From: Sphagnum compactum | Lineage: Eukaryota | Direction of reading: 5' to 3' | NCBI GenBank assembly: GCA_965153455.1 | Contig: OZ234494.1 | Coordinates: 4,216,001-4,280,000, forward strand | Length of the DNA stretch: 64,000 nt | Part shown: one piece after another, positions 1-13,640 of the stretch | How the letters are laid out: each line of letters begins with the position of its first letter | Position numbering within the stretch: position 1 is the first letter of the stretch | Notes under the pieces: generated by a model | The model's input: only the letters and a program-made list of their open reading frames with translations | What the model was told of the DNA's origin: nothing | Databases searched by the model: none | Program-made: the position numbers and the translations under genes

Positions 1-1229
1 CCTCAACCTAAACCATTGCTAAACATTTTCCCACATATGAATATAATTGCCCTTTGCTTTGTTGTTAAATTGATTTTAATAGGCCAAAATAAACACTTGC
101 ATCACATTATTGTATTGTGTGAAAATTATTCCAAATCTCCAAACATGTTTTGGTCAATATGAAAATAAAATAATTTCCCTTGTAAGTTGTCTTAAAATAG
201 GTGCAAACTTGAAATTTACTTTCAATTCATAAATTATTTGTCCCCATTCATCCCTCTAAGTGAATTCTTAAATTCAATCAAAAGATTCACACTATGATTA
301 AATAACTTGAAAATGTGAGTAATGGTTGATCACTCCCAAAATCACTTCATTTAACCAAAAATTTGTTGGCCCTCGACTTAGGCAACAACATCCACCTTGA
401 CCTTCAAGGCCATAATGTCTAGTGTAAGTCAAATATTGTGCAATTGAATATGAAAGCATCAACATTTTCCTAAACTCAACTTCTCTTATGAACACCCACA
501 TTCACATCCAAAGTGCACCCATCTATACTTAGATGTTTTTCTTGAAGGTTTGCATTTATGAATCACAAGTATGATGTAGTGGATGATATCCACATTTATA
601 AACCTTCAAAGAAATGTAATCATCCAAATGGATGAAACTAATATATCATCAACAATCATCCACTTTTGTCCACTTCTTATATTTTGCAAGAAGTCCTTAT
701 GGACATTCATTTGACATTTTCCAATGTGGAAGCCATAACACAACTTCCATAAATCTTCCTTCTTTATCTATGAATGTGAAAAATACACCCCAATTTAGAT
801 GTGACTTGACCCACATTAATTTGGAGTACAATTTTATAACTTAGCCTTATTCACCTCCATGTCCATTTTTTGTATTTTCACATTGTGAAAAAAAATTGGA
901 TACACAAATTCATATTTTACATATTTTTAAGTTCTCCACAAAACAATATAACTCAAGAGCAAAACCTTGGGTTTCCCTAAAACTAAAGACACCAATCAAA
1001 ATGCAAGATGAGACTATGCCAAAGAAAAAAGACCACAAAAAAAACTCAAATTTCCTTCTCAACTCAATGGGTTTTACACAACACCCAACATGTGGTGTGC
1101 ATGACACACAAAAACCTAAAGTACTGAATACCAAATGAAAACAGAAGAACTTCTTGTTGCACCTCTCTTGGAAGAGAGACCAACTCACCCTGGTAGGGTT
1201 GCATGATGCCCTGTAAAACTTCCAACATT

Positions 1230-2140
1230 TCCACAGTGCACTATCTCTCTCTCCTAATCTGCATACAGATAAGACATGGTCTCAAACTTTAAAAGATCGG
1301 GCACAAGTCACAACAGTGGAAGCTGCTTTTGTCTGTGATTTCCTTACCCTCAAGATCTGGCACTCTCAAATTTGTAGCCCCATTTGCAAAAGTTTCTGCA
1401 ATGACTATCATGCCATCATCTTCCAACCCTAAGTCACTCAGATAGACCTCACCAAGTTGTGTATACATCCTCTGTCTTTGCCAATTCAAAGCCTCCAGTG
1501 GGTCCAGACATGGTATCACTGATATCAATTCTCCTCAGTGCTTTGTAGAGATTCCAGAAGAGATTTACTTCCTCCTGTTCCAACCCAGGTGACAAGAACT
1601 GAAAACCTTCAAGATTTGGCCAACCCTGCTACTGCCTGTGTCCCGCCATCTTTAGTCACATTGTAGTGGATACAATGAATCCAGATCTATCACTGTGTCC
1701 TCTGATATTCCATTGTTCAAGAAGTGCAGAGCCTATAGTGAGGTCCAAGATTCCAGGAAGGTTCGGATTCCATTCTCTACAAACACATTGTCTGAGAGGT
1801 TCAGGGATGTGAGATGACTTCCCTCCAGTGCTGAAGAGACAGTGGCCACAACTGTCAGAGCTTCTCCTTCAGGGCATCCCATTACAATGTCTGATAGGTC
1901 AACTTCCCACAAGGTTGCTTTCACTGTTATCAGCACATGAGCAGCCATTTGAGCAACATCAATCCTGAAGCTCCAGTTGCTGAAACATACTTTACTTCAG
2001 AATGTCTGGATGTAGCAATTGTTTCAATAGGTTGTCTGCCTTCACTCTGCTGAGAGAAGCCTTTGTCCCAGCAAAAAGAAACACACATCATCTTTCCTGT
2101 CATGTGGCCCCGAATTTGAACTGATACTTCCTTCAATACA
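1230..2140 (-). pseudogene. RanGAP: Decayed Ran GTPase-activating protein (LRR region) fragment
   Basis: Fragments in several frames: ...LWEVDLSDIVMGCPEGEALTVVATVSSALEGSHLTSLNLSDNVFVENGIRTF and EVYLSDLGLEDDGMIVIAETFANGATNLRVPDLEGKEIT resemble plant RanGAP LRRs. Frameshifts and stops are present; boundaries approximate. Confidence 0.8.
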
Positions 2141-2750
2141 TGACCTGCAGAAGGATGCCTATATTATTAGTAGCTGACCACCACAAATCTCCATATGACA
2201 TCCAGGGTCATTGACATGACAAAGCACAGACTGACAAATCCAGACTGCTTTGAAACCATTGAAGTCTGCTTTTTCCAAAAAACAACTGTGTCAACAACTG
2301 TGCTTCAGACCCCATGGTTGTCTATTGTAACTATACTGAGAAGTGATAGTTGAGATCCCATTGCATCTAAGCAATCTGACATAGCATATGCACCAAATCC
2401 ATTTTGTGACTACCTAGCTGGTATTGGACCTTCACTATTGTGAAAACCTGTACATGAGGATCAAACTTATTGCATGGGTCACCCATCATTTGATCTCATA
2501 TGACCCACATGCTGATGGCTGACAACCAAGGTTAACGAGTACGCTTCTTGAGTGGCTGATACAGTACATAAAGCAAGGTTGATGGTTAATGGCAAGCGCT
2601 ACAAAACATCATGTTCAGATAGTGACCAACCAAAAAAGAAGAGCCTACCAGACTTTGTTGTCCAAGAAACCTCTGAATCCATATCTGGCAAGTAGAACAC
2701 ATACCCAAAATCCACTTGAGTTGTTGCTCATGGTCTTTTGAGATGCAGCA

Positions 2751-5722
2751 TCAAAAATCAAGGGGAGAAGAAGCATTGGCTGGTCTTCCACACAGAAGGC
2801 CTGCAGCCCCTCCAGTTTTAGAGTCACCAGAAGTGGCATCAACCGGGGCAAATAGCAAGCGCTCCAGTACCAACTTCTTCCTTCGCACCACTTTCATAGC
2901 ATGCATTGCAGCCTCAGGAATGGTGGGCACCTATGCAATCCATTTTCAATCCAACCTTTTCATGTTATTCAATCCTATTCTGTCAAATTAGAATGCAGCA
3001 GAAGATGATGAGTAAAAATTGCTGTCAGAGCAGTTTGCAAGACTTGGATCCTGGTAGAAATACCATACATTTGAGTTTGGCTATAGGCAGTAAAGATCAG
3101 CTACATTGACCCAAATCTGGGTCCAGCTTAAATTCCACAAAAATAAACCAGGTTTGAATTAACTCAACATTTCCTGAACACAACCATTAGCATAACTTAG
3201 TGAAGTCTCTGTCCACTTGATGCAAAACTGCTGACCACAGAGGTGTATCCATCCACCTGGGTATTGATGGAAGCCAACTTGTGGATACGCAGAAAACCCA
3301 GAATATCTGGGTAATCCGTCAACATGCCTGCCATCTCTTTGTTGTCATCTGCCACCAACAATACAACAAGAATTGTACACAAGTCATGGCCTGCTTTGAA
3401 TTCTCCTAGTTGTTACTTAACATTCCAGCAAAGGAGCATAGATTTCCTCAACTTTATAGAAGCATGAAGCTTTGTGTTGCCAACACATCCCTCCATGGGT
3501 GCACTCTAAATCAGGTGGACTCCATGGGAAGAAAGGAGTTCACACGTATGGATAGAGGGCATGATATGTCCAGAATCTGAAACCCAACCGTGATTTGACA
3601 AGCCCATTCCAGGTTTGGTGGGAATTTCCACATCACTTCCTCGGTGCTGAGTGATGCCTCAAATAGTTATCAAAAGGTGCTTATACTCCAAACTTTCAGA
3701 CAAAGCAAATCAATTGCCATCTCATCCTGAGAGATCTGATGATAAACTTACCAAGAACAGCTTCGACAGAGATTAAAATGTCAGCAAGATGTTGCCATCG
3801 AATAGCCATCGAAGGTGTTAGAAGTGTTGCTGGGAAAGTGATTAATGCCACTGCATTAGAGACCCGCAGCAAGCTCTTTAGTGATTGCAAGAACCTCAGC
3901 ATTTCCCAATCCTGGTACATCCACCAAATTCAAATGCAAAGCTTTAGAATAAGCATAAGAAACTAAGTCATGGAATCCAAAATACCTATGGAAGGATCCA
4001 CCAATTTTGAAGGGACTTAGGCATGATCTGGCTGGCACTCAAGCAACATAGCTAACAGAAGAAGTCAATAGTATCCTCAGCTTACTGTGCATGACTGCAT
4101 GCATTGTGGAGCACACAGAGACTGAAATGCTAAACGTCCCACCAACTGACCCTCCCCTGCTGGCCTGCCCCCATGCCAAGTTCCAATGCTGCCTTTAAGA
4201 TAAAAACAGGGTTAAGAAGTCTTGGCATGAAAGCATTGTAGACTGCAGAACATGCATGAAAAACTCAATTGTATATTCCCACCAATACACAATCTGAGAA
4301 GTTGGCCAAAAGTCACAACCCAATGATTTGGTGTGAACATAGAACCCTATACCTTGCCAAGTTTGAGATGAAGACCCTGCAGTGGTCAAGTAGAGAATCC
4401 AAGTGTGCACCTCTCGCAAGACTTTCACACTTGATTGTAGCCCCAGTAAACAAAGAGCGCTCTGCTGGTTTGCGCAGATCAAAATCATTGCAAAACTCAT
4501 AACCTGCACAAGCATACAAACTCCACTTTATTATAAGCCACCACATTCTCAAGTTTAGACTTTGTAGTCTAATCCAGCAATGCAAATTGTTAGTTGTGGA
4601 TGTTGACTGGCAGTGGCCACTCTATTGCAAATACTGAAAACAAGCGGAAGGACAAGAAGGCAAAGGCTGGAAACCCTCAACAAAAGAAACCTCTTCTTCT
4701 CAATTTCCAAAGGGCAAAATAGGAATCAAGCACAAAAGCACACAATTTTGTCTTTAAACCAAAATGTGAGAACACTGAGATTGGATACCAATCTTGAGCA
4801 GTGAAGCAAAAGGTCCAGAATGCCGCCACCACAAGTACCTGAAATGGACAGAGGCAAGGAGGGAGAAGCTGGGGACCAGGATTTAGAGGCTAATTCTTGC
4901 TGACGATACCGCCGCTCCTCCAAAGCTTGCTGCTCATTGAGAAACCTTCGGTATTGCCATGCTATTCTCAAATCTCCCTGTCAAAACACAAAATTGTCCA
5001 GACCCGCAAAATCCAAGCCATCACCCAACCTGCCCTTAAACCCAAACCCTAGCCATCATTGGAAAAACGGACCAAGTGGTTTTGTTGTGGGCGTTGTTGC
5101 ATCATACGTACCTCTTTGGTGTTGTCGGAAGCAGCTCCACTTGAACGGCTAGCTATGGCTGGCAATGTACCAAGAAAAGCTTGTGGTGATGGTAATGGGG
5201 TTGCAAAAAAAAGGGGCTGAGAATGTACAAGTCCTTGTGCCATGAAGAAGCGCAATAGAGGAATATGATGTGGAGCTTCAATGTCCTCCATCACCATCAC
5301 CAAACCACCAACAGGAATCCCACCTCCCACAATCTGTGTGCCTTTTTAAGAAACAAAAACCTGCTCATAGTTTTCATCCTCACTAACACATCACATCTTC
5401 TCTCGAGAAAGAACACCATCTTCTCTTGAGAAAGAACACATCTTCTCTCACATCGTCTCTTGAGAGAAAGAAATGGAGTAAGAAGCAAGCAGGGAATAGG
5501 ATCCCCAAGAATCAGGCATCGAAATGCAAGAAAACAGAAACCGACCAAAGAAAGAGGGTTCCGAAGAGGAAGGATATGATCAAGATCGTCAAGTCCAGAG
5601 GACACGAGCGAGACGCCATGGCAGCCAGGCTTCGCTCCCACAGCTTGTACATAGCCTCCTCCTGCTCCTCCTGTTTTTGTAACCTCCCCTTTCCTCACAA
5701 AGCTTCTGACTTTGCTCTCCAT
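2751..5722 (-). CDS. ELP4: Elongator complex protein 4 (8 coding exons)
   Basis: ATG 5722 ([11 protein letters not shown]...[33 protein letters not shown]), [66 protein letters not shown]-terminal ...SSPLDF* (stop 2751-2753). Splice sites are consistent. Confidence 0.93.
5336..5577 (-). other. U12-type AT-AC minor-spliceosome intron (ELP4 intron 1)
   Basis: Minus strand: 5' end ATATCCTT, branch-like TTCTTAAA about 10 nt before the 3' end, terminal AC. Removal gives GAT C|AG ATT GTG GGA = DQIVGGG, in frame. Confidence 0.88.
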
Positions 5723-6014
5723 CCCTCCCTCCCGCAACCTCAGCTTCACGCTAAGCAGATCGATGTTACAACAACCCCGCCACTTCCCCTCCTCCGAGAG
5801 GAGATCTAGGTCTAGCCGATGCACCAGAGAAGAATCTGATGCTTTCCGAGGCTTTAGGGTTTGGCGAGCAGCGACTGGTACAGGAGGAGGGAGACAACAA
5901 CAACAACAACAACAAGGGGGTAAAGCATATTGCTCTCTTCTGTAGACTTTGTTGATGTTGTATGGTGCTGGAATCTCAAAGCGTAAGGAATTGGAGCTCT
6001 TTGGTAGAGAGAGG
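5723..6014. promoter_or_regulatory. Short divergent (bidirectional) promoter between ELP4 and ALKBH8/TRM9, with a telo-box
   Basis: About 290 bp separates the opposing ATGs; TAGGGTTT (AAACCCTA on -) at 5855-5862. Confidence 0.6.
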
Positions 6015-9000
6015 ATGCAAGACGATCAAGAAGAGAGAAGGAGATCATCGTCGTCGTCGTCGTCGTGCTTCGTGAAGCCTCCTCGCTTTGCAATGGAGGA
6101 ACCGACAGCACATCTGTATGTAGCCAACTGCGGACCTGCTGTAGGGATCCCGATCTCCGTCATCAGGGATGCTTTCAGCATGTTCGGTAGGGTGACGAGC
6201 GTTCTTCAGCCTGCGGGTGACAGTAGTGGATCTCGTGTCTATGTCTCTTACGTGAATGTAAGCGATGCGGTTGCAGCCAGGCAAGCCTGGAATGGAAGGC
6301 CTTGTGATCTTCTCCAAGGACGCGTGATGCTCATCCAGCATGCTGTTCCTCAACAGCAACAACCTCCTGTAAGTCAAGCTTTTCTCTTTTGCGACCACTG
6401 TATCTTTGGGGTAAAATGCTGCAAGCATGAAGAATCCAAAGAGGTTGTCGTGCTCAAAAAGATGCGGCAGCATAGCGGTTGATGCCAGAAGCAGAATTTC
6501 TAATTTGACTCTGATGGCAATCCATATGGCAAGGGGAGAACATTTGCAAAATGTTGTTCCAGAAATGCATCACAGCATGTCAAACACAGTGATGCTCTTC
6601 AAACCCTACATCATTTTGTGTGTTGTGCATCAAGGTGGCTGTTTGTTCTGTGTTCTCAGGATGATTTGTGTGTCTCGTTGTTGTTGTATTTTGTTGTGAC
6701 CACTGATGAGTTTTCCTCATTGAGATATTTTCAGGTCGAAGCACAGGTTCCTGTTTTTACATCAACGAAGGACATTGGCATTCCAGGGCTCTCCTTGTAT
6801 ACGGATTTCATCTCTCCTGAAGATGAACAGGTTTGTATGTATTGCACTTACAATTTCTGGAGGGTTCTTGGTTCACCATTGTTGACCTGTAGTGTTGACA
6901 AGTGACTTTGAAAGGTTTTTCGTGCAGGAACTGATTTGCTGTGTGCAGGAACTGTTGACTGCAGTGGATGCTGAGCAGTGGACAATTCTTGCAAAGAGGA
7001 GGGTGCAACACTATGGGTACGAGTTTTTGTACAAGGTCCATCTTCACCTCTTTTAGCGGTTGAGCTGTGGCACTTTCCACTTCTCTCAATTGTCTTAGGT
7101 TTATGAAATGTGTGATCTCTAAAGAGGTCAGATGACCATCCTCATCTTTATTCTTTTGGTGATGCTTTCTGCAGACAAGAAACGTCGACAAGAACCAGAA
7201 ACTTGGAGTGCTGCCTTTGAGTGTGGAGCCTGTTCTTTCAAAGGTTGCTTTGCTGTCTGAGATGACACATGCCAAGGAGCCTTCCCTTCCACTTGACCAA
7301 CTTACAGTGTGAGATCTGTTATGATTTTAACTAATTTTGAAGATTACATATTGCAATTTCCTCTCAGTGCCTCTATGTATGTGACACTATGACCACTTGG
7401 GCCTTGTCAGCAGAGGTTGCATGGTCTAATGTCCTGGTGATTTGTACTCTGTCCTGTTCTAAGAATATTGGCTGTCCCAACTTCTGAATGTTGGGGTAGT
7501 ATGTGTGCGCAGGTGAATGAATATCCCCGAGGTGTTGGCTTGTCTCCACACATTGACACTCACTCAGCATTTGAAGGATCTATTATTTCTCTATCTTTAG
7601 CTGGACCATGTATTATGGAGTTCAGAAAATACAAGAAGAAAACTGTGACTCCAGTGGATGAGATCTCACATGTACCTGATCTGCAAGAGATGTCACATCA
7701 GGAGGATGGAGTGAATGATCAAGAAGTTGCTAATCTCAGACAGCTGAATATGGAGATGGAACGAAAAGCATTATTTCTTCCCCAGAGGTCTCTACTCATA
7801 ATGTCTGAAGAGGCTCGCTATGCATGGCATCACTATATTCCCCATCACAAGGTATGGTTTGTGAATGCGGAAGGGACCACTGAATGCTGAAGTATCAATA
7901 TTTTGGAGTGCAAAACAGGGTCTCATACTGTCAATGCATCGATTCTGCATATTGGTTTTAAAGAAAACATTGGGTGTCAATTTGTTGCAGCTTGATGATA
8001 TTAATGGACAGATAATATCCCGAGGCCCAAGGCGTGTCTCCTTCACATTCCGAAAGGTACAAATGTGTGAAAGCTTATATTTTTGATACAACAGAACCCT
8101 TCATTCTCAGTTGTGCAATGATTCCATTACTTCTCTTCACACCTGAGGTGGCATGGCAGGTGCGGTCTGGACCTTGTACTTGCATCTTTCCAGAACAATG
8201 TGATTCACAACAGCCACTTCTGAGTACCTTATGTCCTTCAAGTGATGACATTGTACGGGAACCATGTACAACAACTTCTGAAGATGCCTACAACGAGATA
8301 TCTTACTGCACTGCCCTTTCCTGCAACTCAGAGACTGAGAACTCCAGTGAAAGTTCAAGTAAAACAGTTCCATCCTTGGTCAAGCCATTCAATTCAGTGA
8401 CTCCTGAGATTGAGAAAACGTATGTCCACAAGGTCTATGATGCCATTGCACCTCACTTCAGTGCCACACGGTTTGCAAAGTGGCCAAAAGTGGCGTTATT
8501 TCTTAACTCTTTAGAGGCAGGTTCAGTCATTGCAGATGCTGGTTGTGGCAATGGGAAATACTTGGGACTCAACCCCAAGTGCTTGTTTGTTGGATGTGAC
8601 ATCAGCCCCCCACTGGTGGAAATCTGTACTCAGCAGGGGCATGAAGCTTTAGTGGCTGATGCATTACATCTACCTTATCGTACTGGTTTCTGTGATGCTG
8701 CAATCTCCATTGCTGTCCTACATCATTTGAGCAATGAGGGGAGAAGAGTTCGAGCCATTGAGGAGCTTCTGAGAGTGGTCCACAAGAAAGGAAAAGTGTT
8801 GATTACTGTCTGGGCTGTTGAACAAGAAGACAAAAAGTTGCTGAGCAAGTGGACTCCTCTTACTTGCAAGTACATGGACGAGTGGGTTGATGATGTAGGG
8901 ACAAAATTGAAGCGAAACTTGTCAACAAGTTCTTTAGGAAGCATTAAGGAAGGAAGCAATGAGAACTTGAAGGAGTTGACCCTGGAGAAGGATTTGGTGG

Positions 9001-9789
9001 ATACACTGTCAAGTCCAAATTCAAGAACTATCTCCCAGAAATTGGACTTTCCCAGTCCTGAGAACCATGTCATAGAGGAAGGTGATTCAAGTGAGATGAT
9101 GTTTCAAGGTCAAGGATCGACTAAGAATCTTGGCTCTAGTGCCAATGATATGACGTGTCAGGTGGAGCAGCAAGAGTATTTTGTGCCTTGGCATTTGCCA
9201 TATCATCGTGCAGAAGTTGGTGGTGCTTCTGCTGCAGCTGTTGCAAGTGGGCTGGCAAAAAAAGATGACACAAAGAGAGCTGTTGTGTACAATCGCTACT
9301 ATCATTGCTTTGTACAAGGCGAGCTTGAGAGGTAATGATATTGTGGGCAATCACTAGTATTTGCATTGACAATGTCTCTCCTTGTCTTCTCTTTCTCTGC
9401 GGCCTACCACTCAGATGTTACTCCAGTTCTTAGTGATTGGTCAACCTGCATTTTATGTGACATTAGTCTCATGGAACCTTTCTCTACAGGTTGTCTTAGC
9501 TTCCACTGAACCACATTAATTTTCCCCTGTGGAGTTTGGTTGGTTCTGTCAAGAAGCATGCAATCCACTTTGGCAAATTGAGAAATTGTTTTACAGTTCT
9601 ATTCTCCTAGTAGCTTCCTTATAATGATGAAGTGTCTCTTGGAAAAGGGATGATTTGCTCAGGTTTGCTATCTAAGGATGTGTTGGTTGCTGTGGGTATT
9701 GTAGGCTGGTGTCAGGTGTACCAGGTGCAAGGATCATTGACCAATTCTATGACAAGTCAAATTGGTGTGTTGTGATTGAGAGGTTATGA
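6015..9789 (+). CDS. ALKBH8: tRNA wobble-uridine modifying enzyme: RRM + AlkB-type 2OG-Fe(II) dioxygenase + Cys motif + Trm9-type SAM methyltransferase
   Basis: HLYVANCGP (RRM), RRVQHYGYEF, DQLT|VNEYPRGVGLSPHIDTH, RYAWHHYIPHHK, RRVSFTFRK|VRSGPCTCIFPEQCDSQ, EKTYVHKVYDAIAPHFSATRF, DAGCGNGKY, ISIAVLHHLS, YFVPWHLP, YNRYYHCFVQGELER, last exon ...FYDKSNWCVVIERL*. The start codon is uncertain (5955, 6015 or 6093). Confidence 0.92.
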
Positions 9790-11662
9790 TGACTATTGAA
9801 TGTGATGATATGTGTCAAATTACCTGGAATAGGGATCATGCCACAGCAGGTGAAATCATTTTGTCTCATCATGACACAATCATACATGTTCATCAAGTTG
9901 GATAAGTGACACCTTTCTACCTGAGTTCGGGGTCGCCATGCCAATGGCTCTGTCAAAGACTGTCTAACCAGACTTAACAAATGATAGGTCAATGTGGAAT
10001 CCCCTTGAAGAAGAGACTGGTCAGTGATGAATGTTAGGAATGCATATGTTGTGTATCATGTGCATTACTAGAGCGAAAACTGACATGACTGGTGGAGAAG
10101 ACACTGTTTATGGAGCTTCCAAACTGCAACTCCAACTGCAAGAAGTAACTTGTGGTTGATGTACCAGTCTTTTGGCAGTCTCAAATTTTCTTAGGGATCT
10201 CCTTTCTGTCAGGAATGCATGCGAGAATATGGTGTCCACTTTATTCAAGCTCTGGTGTTGGATTAGCAATTTGGATTGCAATTTGGAGTACACTGCGAGC
10301 TTGAATCACTTAAAATGGCTTTAGGGACACTGTGTACTCCTGCATAGTCACAGAGTGCTGCGCAACTTACCAACAATCTCAAGCTTGGGATTCAATTCTT
10401 TGTATGAAGCAGGAATGGAATGGAGGATGCTCCAGAGATGATGATATACTTCAATGCTCACACCCACTCATGCCTTCATGATTTCTTCAAAATGAGGTAA
10501 CACTTGATACCACAGCAGTGGTCAACATCCCGACCTGCATTATATCAGTGTCCTTGTGTAAACCATGCCAAAGTGAAGTCAAAACTAAATCGAACTGTCA
10601 CTTTCCACACGAGCAATCCAAGACAGGTTTTTTAAACCTCATAATTCTATGGGAGTTTTTTAGATTGAATTGCATCCCAAATGTGAATGAGTAAAGAAAT
10701 ATATTTGTTTCAAAAGTGTTTGTTGCAAAGAACTGAGTTCCAAGATCTTGCTTCATGGTGTTGTCAACCTTTCTTTCGTTATGATTTATTGTGACAATTT
10801 CCACATGTGACAACAGTGGTCTATGTGGCTTGTGGCCCACATCAGTATGGCTGACAGATTACTCTTCATATTGGCTGCTGATTTCAGTTCCTGATCGACA
10901 GTGTATTTTTTTGCTATGATCCATAATCAGTTGAGGAATTTCTGGATATTGACTGAAAGTTTACAGCTGAAAAGGTGTTGATGATACTCATGTGTTAACT
11001 TGGAAGATGCTTTTGATGTTGCAGATGAAAACTTTTGATGGATTCTTGACAGTATTGAAATTGCCATCTTCTGGTTTTCTGCATTCATTATTTGGTTTGG
11101 AAAGTGTTACTAACAGCATACAATTCCCAGAGTTGACATTTTGCACTTCCGTAGATTGCTTCATGACATGAAACTTCACATTTGTTTCTTGAGTTCTTGA
11201 GTGGTATCCTACATCATAACTCAGTCATGACTCAATCTTCTTTTGTTTCCAAAAATGTGACAAAGACACAATTTTTTAAAATTCCATTTTGTTGTAAGTT
11301 CCAATAGGTAGCCAAGAATATACAAGGATCCTTTTTTCTTTTTTTTAAATTCATATCTTGTTGATAGCCATACTTAGCGAAATTTTCTTTTGGAGGATCA
11401 CCACTTTGCTTACACCACAACACTGAATTAAGAAAACATGGGTTACCATCATCAAGAGGAAGGCCTTACTAAGCAACAATCACATTATCAAGAACTTAAC
11501 AATAGATTTGTGTTTTGGAAACAGAGGACTTGTCATATTTGGCAGGTGGGATTTGATGGATGCATCTAAGAGCTCGCAATATTATACTTAGCTTCATTAC
11601 CATCTAGTGTTGCGCAATTTGTCTCCTTTTACCCGGAACCTATAGATCAAGTTTTCTGGAGA

Positions 11663-11692
11663 TTAGGGTTTAGGGTTAGGTTTAGGGTTTAG
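11663..11692 (+). repeat. Short interstitial telomere-like (TTTAGGG) run
   Basis: ttagggtttagggttaggtttagggtttag. Confidence 0.6.
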
Positions 11693-12239
11693 ATCATGAT
11701 CATGGGAATTGAAAATAATGGACCCTATGATCACATGTATTAGTGAACATTTTCAAAAAGTTGGTCAATATATAACGTTGATTCTTTTGCTGACTTACTT
11801 TCCAATCACATAACTGAAGTATATGGGTATAGAACTGGCCAAAGAACCATTAGTGAGATCACACTCGGGATGAAGTTACAAAATTACAAATAATATATTT
11901 TGAGCATGTGTGGAATGGTGATTTTCAATTTACACATTCATTTATAGGTTGGTGGATTTATTTTTTAATGTGATGTGTTTTATGGCGATTGCTTCTTGCA
12001 CTTAGTGAAGTGTTGGTTTATTAAAATCTGAACTTGGAACTCCTAGAAGGTTACTCATCTCCTCATGGAATCCATGCAAACATATATACAAACATAGGGG
12101 TTTTGTCTTAGGCATACTTTGTGATCATCTTTCAAATCCTTAACATATAGTGAACACCCCAAACAACAAATGAACCTATCAAAAAAATAACCATGGTACC
12201 AACTTGGTTCCTACCCAAGTTAAAGTTTGTTTCAATGAA

Positions 12240-13640
12240 CCCAAAGGTTTAGGGTTTTAAGCTATGGCCATAGGGCAAGGTTACTATCCTTGTATGGAAC
12301 TACAAGCTAAGACTAAGGTTATAAGGCTAGGGTTATATAACTATAGATATAGAACTATAGGGTTAGGGTCTATGCATGTGGAGGCTAGGGATCGTAGGGC
12401 TATGGGGTAAAGCTGAGGTCATTGGGTCACAAATATAAGGTTATAATGTTATATGGCTAGGTCTATGCCTATGAATATGACCAGGGGTAAGGTTTGTGGG
12501 GCTATAAAACTAGGGCTACATGGTTATGTATATAGGATATATTATTAAAGCTAAGGTTTGTGGGACAATGGGTTGATTAATGCCATGGGCTAAGCTATGG
12601 GCTATAGGGCTACATATATAAAGCTATATGATTAAGGTCATAAGGTTACAGGGCAACATTACCAAGGATATGCCTTTGAAGTTTGATTAGGGGTTGGGTT
12701 AAGGTTCATTACATGGGATTCATATCTTAGGATTAAGGTTAGGGTTTTGGGTCAAAAGGTTGTGAAGTTTGAACCCCAAAACCCTAAACCCCATTTGATT
12801 CTACCTGTAACTTTAAGCCTACAACTTGACCTTCAATTTTTGTGACTTGAAACCTTAAACCATGTCGTCAACCCTAAACTTGAAACACAACTTTTATGTC
12901 CCAAAATTTGAATCCTTAGTTACCAAAACATAACTTTAAAACAATAACCCCAATTTTTATGTCCCAAAACCTTGTACTCCTTATTGCCAAACCCTAATAT
13001 TAAAACAATAACTTGTATGTGTCAAGTATTTATTGCAAGATAGTCGTTTTTTTATAATTTGTTATGTGTTGTTAAAATTCAATTCAATGTGAACAAGGTT
13101 CTAACTTTTTCAAATTTGGGGGTTTATCCCCATGGTGTAGTTCTTGAGTCTCATCTTTTGTGTTTTAAAAAACTAACTTGCAACATGCAAAAATCCAAGT
13201 TCAAAACACACAAGAAATCACAAAAATAGTCATGTTTTTATTTGTGTGCATGTGTGTGATTCTGTTAATTTCAATAATGTTAAGCATTGGATTAGTAGCA
13301 ACTGACATATGCCCAAAAACCTTAATCCTTAATCACCAAACCCTAATTATAACTTGTAAACAATATTTTGATTTGTGGCCAAAACCCTAACCCAAAGCAC
13401 TAACTACAACTTGTATCCCCAAATTCCCTAACCTTACAACATTAATCCCAATTTTTACCCCCCAAAGCTTTAACCTTAATCACCAAATCTTGACCATATA
13501 AAACACTTACACTTATTTTCAAAACTTTATCCTTAATCACCAAAACATAACCTTAATATTAACCCCAACTTTTATGCCCTAAAACAATAATTTTTATGCA
13601 TCAACACAAAACTCTTTTTTTTATGCCTCAAAACCCAAGT
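12240..13640. repeat. Degenerate TAGGG/AACCCT-rich low-complexity repeat region
   Basis: Many (T)TAGGG(TT)-like words up to about 12770, then AAACCCT/AAACCTT-like words. Confidence 0.5.

Noticed and set aside
4062-4080. 18-mer AAGTCAATAGTATCCTCA also found at about 39069
   Set aside because: No extended similarity; both copies are intronic; compatible with chance.
6921-6955. Duplicated acceptor GTGCAG|GAACTG 21 nt apart in ALKBH8
   Set aside because: A possible in-frame alternative 3' splice site, but unsupported without transcript data.
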